Of a stretch of 64,000 nucleotides of DNA, positions 11,501-19,912 are shown in pieces (positions within the stretch are counted from its first letter, which is position 1; every line of letters starts with the position of its first letter). The notes beneath the pieces are model-generated. The model was not told the origin of the DNA. It made no database searches and saw only the letters and a program-made list of their open reading frames with translations. The stretch lies in contig CAVYRF010000002.1 of NCBI GenBank assembly GCA_963770895.1, positions 1,280,001 through 1,344,000 of the forward strand, in the 5' to 3' direction. The translations under genes and the position numbers were made by a program. Origin of the DNA: an uncultured Acidobacteriota bacterium (GTDB taxonomy: Bacteria; Acidobacteriota; Thermoanaerobaculia; Multivoradales; UBA5704).

Positions 11501-14500
11501 GCATCGCGGCAACCCGCAGCCTGGCCTGAAGCAGCACGGCATCCGGAAGTCGCGCCTGGAGCGACGCGGGATCCTGGCGCCGCGCCGATGGCGCGGCTTG
11601 ACCCCGCCGACTGGTTCTACCTGCCGTCGTGGCGGCGCTCCCTGCCGCCTCCTGCCGCCGGCAGCGCGGAGCTGCCGGCAGGCGCCTACCTGCTGTTCGG
11701 CGAGCGCGTCGCAGGACCCGGCGGCCCGTTCACCGCTGCCGTCGCGGCGCGCCTGCGCGCCGCCGGACGCCTGGTCACAGTGGCCTTCCCGGGCCCGGCG
11801 TTGGAACGCCTGGATGACGACACCTTTACGCTGCGGCCGGCCGGCGTCGAGGACCATGCAGCCCTGTGGGCGGCGCTCGCGGCGGCGGGGAGGAGCTGCG
11901 GCACGGTGCTCCACCTGTGGAACGCCACCGAGAGCGGCGAGCCGGCCGGAAGTCCCGGCGCGACGCTCGCCGCGAATCTGGATGAGGCGCTGGAGCGGGG
12001 GTTTTACAGCCTGATGGCGCTGGGCCAGGCGCTGGGCAGGGCGGCGAGCCGCGAACCGCTGGCGCTATGGGTGGTGTCGCGCCGCCTGCACGACGTGGCG
12101 GGAGGCGAACCGGTGGCGCCGGAGCGGGCGCCCCTGCTCGGCCCCTGCCGGGTGCTGCCGCTGGAGCTGCCGCACGTCGCCTGCCGCAGCCTCGACCTGC
12201 CACCGCGGACGACCGGGCTGTCTGGCGGCGACGGCCACGACCCCGGCGATCCCGGCGATGCCGGCGACGCCTGGAGCCAGGCGGACGCCGAGCTGCTGCT
12301 GGCCGAGGTGGCGGCGAGGCCGCACGACCAGGTGGTCGCCTACCGCGGCCCACAACGCTGGACGCAGGACTTCGAGCCGGTGCGGCTCGGCACCGCTGCC
12401 GGCGTCGCGCCGCCGCTGCGCCCGCGGGGCGTCTACCTGCTCACCGGCGGCCTGGGCGGCATCGGGCAGGCGCTGGCGCGCTGGCTGGCGCGGGCAGGGG
12501 CCGCCGGGCTGGTGCTTCTCGGCCGCTCCCAGCCGCCGCTGCACGGGCGCCACCTGCACCGCCTGCGCGAGCTGGAGGAAGAGCTGGAAGCGGCCGGCGC
12601 CCAGCTGCTGCTGGCGACCGCCGACGTCACCGACCGCGCCGCCCTGACCCGCGTGCGCGACCTGGTGCACGCCCGCTTCGGCGCTCTCCACGGCGTCGTC
12701 CACGCGGCCGGGGTGCCGGGCGGCGGCATCGTGCAGCTGCGGCGGCGGGACCAGGCGGCGGCGGTCCTGGCGCCCAAGGTCCAGGGAACGCTGGCCCTGG
12801 CCGAGGTCTTTCCGCCCGCAGAGCTGGACTTCTTCATTCTGTGCTCATCGCTCAACGCCGTGCTGGGCGCCGTCGGACAGGCCGACTACTGCGCCGCCAA
12901 CGCCTTTGTCGACGCCTTTGCCGCGGCGCGCTCGTTCCGTCGCCCGGCGCCGGGAGGCCCGGCCGGACGGGTGGTGTCGATCGCCTGGGACCGCTGGGAC
13001 CAGGCTGGGATGGCCGCCGAGGCGCTGTCGCCGTTCGAGCGCCGCTCGCCGGAGCTGCCGCCGCTGCCAGGCGAGGCGGTGACGCATCCGCTGCTCGACC
13101 GCCGGCTGCCGCAAGAGGCGGGCCGCCAGACCTTCGTCACCCGCCTGAGCGCCGCGCGCCATTGGATGCTGGACGAGCACCGCTTCTCCGGCACGCCGGT
13201 GCTGCCGGGGACCGCGTTGCTGGAGCTGGTACGCGCAGCCGCGATGTTCGCCGGCGCCCCTGCCGGCAACACCGGCAATAGCGGCAATAGCGGCAGCAGC
13301 GGCGGTATCGGCGGTATCGGCGACGGCGACAACGGCAGCACCAGCCCTCTGGCAGCCGGCGGCGCGGCCGGCATCGAGATCCGCAGCCTGAGCTTCGTGG
13401 CGCCGCTGGTTGTGGCCGACGCCGAGAGCCGCGACGTCTTCACCAGCCTCAGCCCCGCAGGCGACGGATGGCAGGTCCGTATCGCCAGCCGCGAGCCGGG
13501 AGCCGGCTGGCGAGAACACGCCGTGGGCGAGGTGGCGCCGCTCGCCGCGCCGCTGCCGGCCGCCGGCGAGACGGTGCCGGCGCTGGCCGATCTGCTCGCC
13601 GCGCTGCCCCTGGAGCCCTTTGCCGCCGGCACGCTGCCGGCGCCGCCACCGCCGGAGGCGCCGCCGGCGCACGCCGCGGACACGGCGAACGGCTCCGCGG
13701 AACATGCCGCCGGGGCCGGCCTCGGCCTGACCTTCGGCCCGCATTGGCAGGGGATCGCCGGCGCGGTGTCCATGGACGGCGATCAGCTGCTGGCGCGATT
13801 CGAGCTGCCGGCACAGTTTGCCGGCGAGCTGGACGCGCTGGCGCTGCACCCGGCGCTGCTCGACCTGGCCACAGGGTTCGTGGCCGCCGCCGCGGGCGGC
13901 GCGGCGGAACCCTACCTGCCCTTTTCGTACGCCGGCCTGCGCCAGGCGCGACCGCTGCCCGCCACCGTCTACAGCCACGCGCGCCGCCTGGCGGACGCGG
14001 CGCCGGCGTTCACCGGCGCCGCAAAGCCGGGCGCCCCCGCCACACGGAGCTACGCGGTGACCCTGTACGACGTCACAGGCCAGGTGCTGCTCACCATCGA
14101 CCAATACGTCTTCCGTCGCGTCGAACCCGGCGCCCCTCTCGCCGCACCGGTCGATCCGATCGATCGAGCCGGTGCAGCCCATCGAGCCGATCCAGCCGAT
14201 CGAGCCGATCGCCCCGGTACAACCGATAAGCCCGCTCAAGCCGATCAAGCTGATGCAGCCGATCGAACCGACCGAGCCGATCCGGCCGCCCGCACCGGCC
14301 TGAGCAACGCCGAAGGCGTGGACGTCTTCGCCCGCGTCTTGTCCCACATGCCCCTGCCGCAGGTGCTGGTGTCGACACGCGACCTGCGCGCCCGCGCCGC
14401 CGCCGCGGCGGCCGACACCGGCGAGCGCCTGCTGGCCCAGCTGGCCGAGCTCGGCCAGCTGGAGGCATCGGCAAACCCGGCGCCCACCGAGCGCCATCCT

Positions 14501-14917
14501 CGGCCGGCGCTGGGGGTGCCCTACGCCGCGCCGCGCGACGCGGCCGAACAGCGCCTGGCCGAGATCTGGCAGCAGCTCCTGGGGATCGACCAGATCGGCG
14601 TCGACGACGATTTCTTCGAGCTGGGAGGCGATTCCGTCCTGGGCCTGCGCGTCGCCGCGCTGGCGCGCGAGCGCGGCATCGTGCTGTCACCCGGCGAGCT
14701 GTTCGCCCACCCCACCATCGCCTCCCTGGCCCAGCGCCCGCCGGAGACGGCGCCGCCGCCCCCGCCAACCGAAGCGGCGTTGGCCCCAGCCGGCCAGCCC
14801 TCGATGCCCGCCCAGCCGGCGACCGTCAGCCCGGACGACTTCCCCGACGCCGACATCAGCGCACGCGACCTGGACACCTTGCTCGCCCAGCTGGGCGCCC
14901 CCCGCGACCCGCCGTAA
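8534..14917 (+). CDS. Single-module type I PKS: KS-AT-KR(with inserted DH)-ACP/PCP
   Basis: KS: TACSTSL, HGTGT, KTNLGHL. AT: GHSIG and HAFH (malonyl-type). KR: GGLGGIG, YCAAN. DH: HRFSGTPVLP, HPALLD. Carrier: LGGDSV. No thioesterase. Confidence 0.93.
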   Translation: MKARDTQANLPGRAGSGPVEHARRDIAVVGMAGRFPGAADVQELWRNLMAGVEAVQPLSPADLERAGVAPDLLSSATYVRAAAQLAGLELFDAAFFGLTPREAEATDPQHRLLLECTWEALENAGYAPSLWQGRIGLFAGTSTNRYFEHVEASAAGAAMGGVALFGLDKDFLTTRVSYRLGLEGPSVTVQTACSTSLVAVHLACQSLLAGDCDLALAGGVALRNLRGEGYVFEPGGILSPDGHCRAFDAAAAGTVSGDGIGLVALRRLDDALADGDAIAAVIKGSAINNDGAAKVGYTAPGLHGQVRVLRDALAAAGVDPATVSYVEAHGTGTPLGDPIEMAALAEAYGPAGDGGDGRAGEEEEGGDAGDGRRGGTGKIAVGSVKTNLGHLDAAAGIVGLIKVVLALRHAAIPPSLHFTRLNPRIPQDAAARFTVAATAIQPWEGGGGRPRRAGISSFGIGGTNAHAILEEAPPAATGDGGLAAWQLLQVSARTESALVQAAANLAGHLENHPEIGPDELADIAFTLRVGRRAFEHRRAVVCRDAAAARAALRGEPGGVPDQAGRPGVAAGWTMSARATGQAGVAFLLPGQGAQRAGMAAGLYRTRPAFRAELDRAADLLAPHLDVDLRQLLLPQPQEPEQAAQLLARTRYTQPALFAVEYALARLWIGWGVQPAAFLGHSIGEWVAACLAGVFSLEDALALVALRGRLIDELPQGAMLAVPIAAAELEPLLGADLALAAENAADRCVASGPAAAIADLERRLAAHGIAGQRLRTSHAFHSPALEPAAAPLARAVSAVARRQPAIPFVSNLTGTWILADEATDPAYWGRQMLAPVRFAAGLRTLAASLPDNVLLEVGPGESLSRLARRELREHAQPVVSTLAEQQGADDEEHLLRAAARLWLAGAPLDPHALTAPERRRRVALPSYPFERQRYWLPRPKHDRWAPGPAAAAPAPAGSQPPRQADTAWQEGAWQGNAPPAAARHVDTAPGASRQPAAWPEAARHPEVAPGATRDPGAAPMARLDPADWFYLPSWRRSLPPPAAGSAELPAGAYLLFGERVAGPGGPFTAAVAARLRAAGRLVTVAFPGPALERLDDDTFTLRPAGVEDHAALWAALAAAGRSCGTVLHLWNATESGEPAGSPGATLAANLDEALERGFYSLMALGQALGRAASREPLALWVVSRRLHDVAGGEPVAPERAPLLGPCRVLPLELPHVACRSLDLPPRTTGLSGGDGHDPGDPGDAGDAWSQADAELLLAEVAARPHDQVVAYRGPQRWTQDFEPVRLGTAAGVAPPLRPRGVYLLTGGLGGIGQALARWLARAGAAGLVLLGRSQPPLHGRHLHRLRELEEELEAAGAQLLLATADVTDRAALTRVRDLVHARFGALHGVVHAAGVPGGGIVQLRRRDQAAAVLAPKVQGTLALAEVFPPAELDFFILCSSLNAVLGAVGQADYCAANAFVDAFAAARSFRRPAPGGPAGRVVSIAWDRWDQAGMAAEALSPFERRSPELPPLPGEAVTHPLLDRRLPQEAGRQTFVTRLSAARHWMLDEHRFSGTPVLPGTALLELVRAAAMFAGAPAGNTGNSGNSGSSGGIGGIGDGDNGSTSPLAAGGAAGIEIRSLSFVAPLVVADAESRDVFTSLSPAGDGWQVRIASREPGAGWREHAVGEVAPLAAPLPAAGETVPALADLLAALPLEPFAAGTLPAPPPPEAPPAHAADTANGSAEHAAGAGLGLTFGPHWQGIAGAVSMDGDQLLARFELPAQFAGELDALALHPALLDLATGFVAAAAGGAAEPYLPFSYAGLRQARPLPATVYSHARRLADAAPAFTGAAKPGAPATRSYAVTLYDVTGQVLLTIDQYVFRRVEPGAPLAAPVDPIDRAGAAHRADPADRADRPGTTDKPAQADQADAADRTDRADPAARTGLSNAEGVDVFARVLSHMPLPQVLVSTRDLRARAAAAAADTGERLLAQLAELGQLEASANPAPTERHPRPALGVPYAAPRDAAEQRLAEIWQQLLGIDQIGVDDDFFELGGDSVLGLRVAALARERGIVLSPGELFAHPTIASLAQRPPETAPPPPPTEAALAPAGQPSMPAQPATVSPDDFPDADISARDLDTLLAQLGAPRDPP
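14150..14285 (+). repeat. Degenerate 9-bp tandem repeat (GCCGATCGA-like) encoding a PKS linker (ADRADP)
   Basis: Repeated ccgatcgag/ccgatccag/ccgatcaag units visible in the sequence. Confidence 0.6.
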
Positions 14918-15057
14918 CCATCCCGCCGCGACCCGCTGCGGACCATCTCAGGGGCGTCTGGACGATCTCAAGACGCCTGGTGCTTGCGAACCGCCTGCAG
15001 GTGCGAGGTTTCAGCCTTGCCTTGCTTTGTCACGCTCTGTTGCTGGAACATACCGAC

Positions 15058-16233
15058 GTGAGCCGTCCCCGCGCAGTCAAGGTGATGATCTCGAGCCGTG
15101 CCAACAGCAAGGCCTTCGGCGGCCCCCAGACGCTGTCCGGCTTGCGCCAGGACCTGGCGAGCAGACTTGAGGCCGCGACCCTCCTGGGAGAAGAGCTCTT
15201 CGAGGTATGGATCCACGAAACGGCACGCGCCGCGCCCGGCACGCGCGGCGCCTGGGAAGAGTCGATGCAGCAGGTGCGGGATGCCGACGTCGTGATCGTG
15301 CTGTACAACGGCGAGGCGGGTTGGGCCGTCGAGGCCGGAGAGGTGGGCATCTGCCACGAAGAGATGCGGGAAGCGCTCGACACGGCGCCAGGCAAGGTCC
15401 GCCTCGTCGCCTTCGAAACTCTGGCGCCGCTGCCGCGTGCGAACACTGCCGAGGGCACGCGGGACCGGCGTTTTCGCTCCTACGTGGAGGAGCGCAATCT
15501 CCTGCACGGTCAGGTGGTGCGGGATGCCACGGAGTTGAACGCAGTGGTGTTCGCCACCTTGCGGTCGGCCGTCGCCGAGCTGGTCGCCCTGGGAGTGCGC
15601 GAAGCCGGCCGGGGCCGCTTCTACGCCGGGGAGGCGTTCGTCTGGAGCCGCCTCGACTTCGCCCACCGCAAGCACGAAATGGAGAACGCGGCCCGCCAGG
15701 CGCTGCTCGAACGCAATGGAGCGCACGCTTGTGGCACCGCCCAGGTCGCCCTCAGGCTGGACGCTCGCTCCGTGCTGTTCGCCATCCATGCCATTCCCGC
15801 CGCCATGGGGATCGCCGCCGCCCGCGAGCTGGTCGGCCAGCCCTTTCTGCACGACCACCAGGCGGCACCCCTCCTGCGGAGCGAAGGGATCGACGGCCCC
15901 GTCCACCTCGTGCTGTGTAACCGGGGTATCACCGAGACGCAGGGAATGAAGATCCTGGGGTTTCCCGACGCCACCGTGGTCGCGCCGCCCTTCGGCCTCT
16001 ACGTGGTCGACGACGTGCAGAAGATCCAGCTGGTCTTCGTCGCGAACTGCCGTGACGAAACCGCCACCCGGCATGGCGTGCAGCGCTTTTTTGATTGGCT
16101 GCGCGGCTCCGGAGAACGAGATCGCCTCGTGGCGCGAGCCGGAGCCCGGCGCCGGATCGTCGAGGCCATCGCCCACGAACGACCCGCCGTTGCCCCCTCA
16201 CCGCCGTTGACCGTCGGGCCGCAAACTCCATAG
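15058..16233 (+). CDS. DUF4062-like (TIR/NDT-like fold) domain protein
   Basis: N-terminus KVMISSR...LRQDL...SMQQVRDADVVIVLYNGEAG...GICHEEMREA resembles DUF4062. GTG start inferred. Confidence 0.55.
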   Translation: MSRPRAVKVMISSRANSKAFGGPQTLSGLRQDLASRLEAATLLGEELFEVWIHETARAAPGTRGAWEESMQQVRDADVVIVLYNGEAGWAVEAGEVGICHEEMREALDTAPGKVRLVAFETLAPLPRANTAEGTRDRRFRSYVEERNLLHGQVVRDATELNAVVFATLRSAVAELVALGVREAGRGRFYAGEAFVWSRLDFAHRKHEMENAARQALLERNGAHACGTAQVALRLDARSVLFAIHAIPAAMGIAAARELVGQPFLHDHQAAPLLRSEGIDGPVHLVLCNRGITETQGMKILGFPDATVVAPPFGLYVVDDVQKIQLVFVANCRDETATRHGVQRFFDWLRGSGERDRLVARAGARRRIVEAIAHERPAVAPSPPLTVGPQTP

Positions 16234-16282
16234 AGTGGATTGCGAAATATCAAAACAGATTTTCGCCAGGGGGATTCCGCTC

Positions 16283-16675
16283 ATGTATTGCCCTTCGTGC
16301 GGCACCGAAAACGCCGATCACAACCTGCATTGCACACGATGCGGGGTGGCGCTGACCGCCGCCGCGCCGGCAGCGCCGCCCCAAGCCGCCGCAACCACCC
16401 CTTCCACCCCGGAAGGCGTTCTCGAAACGCTCATTCCCTACAAGAACGGAGCCGCCCTCACCGCCTACTACCTGGGGATCTTCTCCCTGGTGTGCGGTTT
16501 CCTGCTGGGCATCCCAGCGCTCATCCTGGGCATCCGCGGCCTGCACCACGCAGCTCTCCACCCCGAAGCCAAAGGCAAGGTCCACGCCTGGGTCGGCATC
16601 ATCCTCGGCAGCCTCACCACCCTGGTCACCCTGGGCATCGCGGCAGCCATCCTCCTCAGCGCCGCCCGCCACTAG
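16283..16675 (+). CDS. Zinc-ribbon + DUF4190 membrane protein
   Basis: CPSCG..CTRCG, then LIPYKN.ALTAYYLGIFSL...ALILGI.GL...GKVHAWVGIILG. Confidence 0.75.
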   Translation: MYCPSCGTENADHNLHCTRCGVALTAAAPAAPPQAAATTPSTPEGVLETLIPYKNGAALTAYYLGIFSLVCGFLLGIPALILGIRGLHHAALHPEAKGKVHAWVGIILGSLTTLVTLGIAAAILLSAARH

Positions 16676-17002
16676 CCAGAGGGGGCTTGGCGGGAGCTGC
16701 GCAGAGCCGCTCCGCGGGCTCGGGAGCGGCGCCGCGCGTCGGCCTTGCCGAGCCGGCTGCCGGGCGCCAGATCCCCCTCTCCTCACCGGAGCAGCGGGAA
16801 CCGCCCTGGCCCTGCTCGCCGGCATCTCGACGGTCGAACCAGCATGGGACCGCATCCTCATGGCTTCCTCTGCCACCCGCGTGCAAGCGGCGGCCTGAAG
16901 CGTCGCCGATCGCCAAGGCCGCTCCGCGCGCTTTTTCGCACACTTTTTAAGGTAGAGGTCGCCCCGCCGATCCACGGCCGGGCGTTTCCTGGAGAAGCCG
17001 CG

Positions 17003-17158
17003 ATGAGAAAGAACAACGCCAGAATCCACCTGAACCGCGAGACCCTGTGCGCCCTGACCGCCGACAAGAGGGAGCTGCGCGAGGCGGCGGCAGCCCTGGT
17101 GACAAAGCTCACCCCGTGCACCCTGAGCCACTGTTCCGGCGCCGCGAACTGCTGCTGA
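17003..17158 (+). CDS. Putative RiPP (lanthipeptide-like) precursor, 51 aa
   Basis: GGAGAAG RBS. MRKNNARIHLNRETLCAL leader and Cys/Ser/Thr-rich core VTKLTPCTLSHCSGAANCC. Confidence 0.65.
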   Translation: MRKNNARIHLNRETLCALTADKRELREAAAALVTKLTPCTLSHCSGAANCC

Positions 17159-17437
17159 CCCTTCCCAGGGGCGGCGCGTAACCGCGACCGCCCCATCATC
17201 ACCACGGGATCGGGCCGTTCTCGTCCGCTCCAACGACACCCACGAGTCGAAGACCGACCCGGTAGTGTCCTTACTCGTCGTTGATGGCGGGCCTGGTAGC
17301 CCAGCGCGCGTTAGACATCCATTGGAGGGGCAGCGTACACAAGACAAAGACGTTCTGCTGCGCCACGATGGACCTCGCCCAGGAGGCGAGCGCCGGCACC
17401 TGTCCCTGGTTTGCCGCCGTGGCGAAAGGAGAGGACG

Positions 17438-18049
17438 ATGTCGCCGAAAACTGCCCTTACGGCCCCCGTAGCAGTCAAGGATCGCGGCGTTCTCGAGGGC
17501 ACCATCTCGGCGCACCGGGCGCTCGCCGCCGCGCTGCTGTTCGTGGCCGCACACACCGGCCAGACGGTCGCCGCAAACGCCGCCCAGGCAGTGGCCGCAT
17601 CCGCCGGCCAGGCGGCGTCCACAACGGTGCCGGCCGTCGCGACGGCCCCTTCGCCGGCGGCAGCAGCCCGCCCACGAGACGAGGCGGGCGGCAGCGCCCT
17701 GTTCCTGCGCGGGCCGGTCACCGCCGTTTGGGGGCCCTCGGGGGCTCGGATCACGGTGGGCGAGGTCAGCAACCAGGAAACGCCCTCCACCGATGCGGGG
17801 AACCCCGGCCTCCAGCTGGTCGCCACTCCCACCGTGCCGACCGTGGTGCAGGACGGCCTCATCGAGACGGGAGAGAACACCGACGGCTTCCATGTCATGG
17901 CGGCCTCGGGCCTGCCGACGGTCGGGCCGGGCGCCGACATTTTCAACATCGACATCGGCAACATACCCTATGTGCCGCCGCCTCCGGGCTGCTACTACGT
18001 CAGCGTGGCGCTCACCCAGGACATCGATCTGCTGGGAACGGTCGTCGCG
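17438..18049 (+). pseudogene. 5' part of a secreted protein gene interrupted by a repeat + TA insert
   Basis: AGGAGAGG RBS. Plausible protein up to PPPPGCYYVSVALTQDIDLLGTVV, then the frame runs into the 107-bp repeat and antisense higA. Apparent C-terminal half resumes at ~18922. Confidence 0.55.
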
Positions 18050-18156
18050 ATGCACGGCCACGCGAAGGCGGTGCGAACAAGATCGCGGCCGCGGCGGCGC
18101 TGGCGAAACCGCAGTCTAAGTTCCTGTTGCCCCGACCGCGGCGCGCCTGACGGCGC
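18050..18156 (+). repeat. 107-bp direct repeat, copy 1
   Basis: Hand alignment to 19348-19454 gives 9 mismatches and no gaps. Confidence 0.9.
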
Positions 18157-18507
18157 TCAGGGATGCGCCTCGTCAACGACCCGTATGCGCCCCCTCTCGC
18201 GATTGCGCGGCTTTTCTTTGACCACGATGTCAACGTCCTGGCCGAGTGCGGTCAACAGACGCATGAGGCGCTCGCTGGAGATGTTCGCGAGGCGGCCGTT
18301 CAGCAGTGCCGAAACTTTCGGCTGATCAACGCCCATGAGCACTGCCGCGGCAGCCTGGGTCAGCCGGCGGCGTTTGATAATCTGCCGGATGTGGCTGGCG
18401 AGCTGCGCCTTGGTCAGCTCAGCTTCTGGCTCGGCAAAGCCAAGATCTGCGAACACATTGTCGCTGCCCGGCGTCACCGGGATTTCAGGTTCGTGCTTTT
18501 GGACCAT
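18157..18507 (-). CDS. HigA-like XRE/HTH antitoxin
   Basis: GSDNVFADLG..., LTQAAAAVLMGVDQPKVSALLNG. Overlaps the toxin gene end. Confidence 0.85.
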   Translation of the reverse strand: MVQKHEPEIPVTPGSDNVFADLGFAEPEAELTKAQLASHIRQIIKRRRLTQAAAAVLMGVDQPKVSALLNGRLANISSERLMRLLTALGQDVDIVVKEKPRNRERGRIRVVDEAHP

Positions 18508-18869
18508 TGGTCGTAATCCTCTCTCGCCCGTTTGAGTCGCTGTTCGACCAACGTGAGCTCCACTTTCGGGGTGGCAATGCCGCGCTTGGATTTTTTCTGG
18601 AAGGCGTGCAGCACATAGACAACTCCGGCAAAGCGGACAGTGTAGACCGCTCGGTAGGTGTCGCCATCGAAGTCGTCCACGATTTCGAGCACGCCAGCGC
18701 CCTGGAATCCCTTCAGGGGCTTAGCGACTGGCGCCTTAAGACCTATCTGCGCATCCCATAACGCACCACCCACTTGCCGCCGTACTTCCTCTGGGAAGCT
18801 TCTAAGATCTTCCTTGCTGCTTCCGACCCAGTGAACGGGCTTTGGGCGAATCTGGTCTCGTGTCGCCAT
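18474..18869 (-). CDS. RelE/HigB (Gp49-like) toxin
   Basis: KPVHWVGSSKEDLRSFP, GDTYRAVYTVRFAGVVYVLHAFQKKSKRG. Confidence 0.88.
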   Translation of the reverse strand: MATRDQIRPKPVHWVGSSKEDLRSFPEEVRRQVGGALWDAQIGLKAPVAKPLKGFQGAGVLEIVDDFDGDTYRAVYTVRFAGVVYVLHAFQKKSKRGIATPKVELTLVEQRLKRAREDYDQWSKSTNLKSR

Positions 18870-18887
18870 CTTCAGACTCGCTAAGCG

Positions 18888-18916
18888 AGAATATGCCTGT
18901 TCGGGCATGCCGTCAA
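18888..18916 (-). promoter_or_regulatory. Sigma70 promoter of the TA operon with palindromic operator in the spacer
   Basis: Minus strand TTGACG-17 bp-TATTCT. The spacer region holds the inverted repeat ATGCC-cgaaca-GGCAT. Confidence 0.75.
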
Positions 18917-18921
18917 GCAAG

Positions 18922-19305
18922 GTGGATGTCTTCTCCTTCGGCGGGGTGGCTTGCGCCGCCGCCACCAACGGCTCCTGCACCAACAGCATCTCGACGCTGT
19001 GCCTGCAGCGCTTTGCCGGCGACCGCCGCTTTCAGGTGCAGGTGAGCTTCAACACGCAGCAGGGCAACGGCGAGGCCGGCGCCGCCATCCCCATGCCGCT
19101 CACCGGGCTGGGCTTCGGCGACGGCGAGGTGCTCGACGCCTGCTCGTTGAACAACCGCTTCTGGGTGTTCCTGGCCGCCACCACGAACGTCGGTTTCACC
19201 GCCACCGTGACCGACACGGTCACCGGGCACCAGGCGATCTATACCAACCCCGACCGGACGCCGGCGCAGCCGGTCCAGGACACCAACGCGCTCGCCTGCC
19301 CCTGA
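18922..19305 (+). pseudogene. 3' part of the interrupted secreted protein gene (Cys-Pro domain, internally deleted)
   Basis: LCL...RFQVQV...EVLDACSLNNRFWVFLAATTNVGFTATVTDT...DTNALACP. Lacks the WFF..N.E segment present in 7612-8436. Confidence 0.65.
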
Positions 19306-19347
19306 GAGGACACCATCCGGGCGCTGCGGTGCAGAACTTCCGATGCC

Positions 19348-19454
19348 ATGCACCGCCATGCGCAGGCGGTGCGCACCAGATCGCAGCCGCGGCGGCGCTG
19401 GCGAAGCCGCACTCTAAGGTCCTGTTGCCCCGACCGCGGCGCGCCTGACGGCGC
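19348..19454 (+). repeat. 107-bp direct repeat, copy 2
   Basis: Matches 18050-18156. Confidence 0.9.
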
Positions 19455-19912
19455 GACCGCGCCCGGGCCGGGGGGGCCGGCGGAGCGTCCTGCCCGGACC
19501 GCAAGCCGGCGGTGCGGTAAGCCCACAAGGGACCGGCAACATGCCCGTGCCACCTGAACTGCCGGTCCCACAGGGCACAACGCTCCGCCCTCGCCCCAGG
19601 GTCCAATCGTGGTCGCGCCGCCAGGCGCGCCACGATTGGAGCAGCCATCTCCGCCGTCTCTGCCTGTCAAGAAATCAGCGAGGAAGCGCATGCTTTCGCG
19701 GCCATGACGATTTTCGGTGGTGCGTCCCCCAAGTTAGGCAGTCTCACCTGTCAGCGCTTTGGGGTGCATGGGTCCGCGGTTTCCGCAGCCCCCCGGCACC
19801 TTCCAGCTCATGCGTGCGTTGGGCGGCGATGGAACCGGGAGGGGCGACAACTTCACGGCTGCACACCCAACCCGTCCTCGCGATCGCTGGTGAAGACTTG
19901 AGACCCCCCGCC

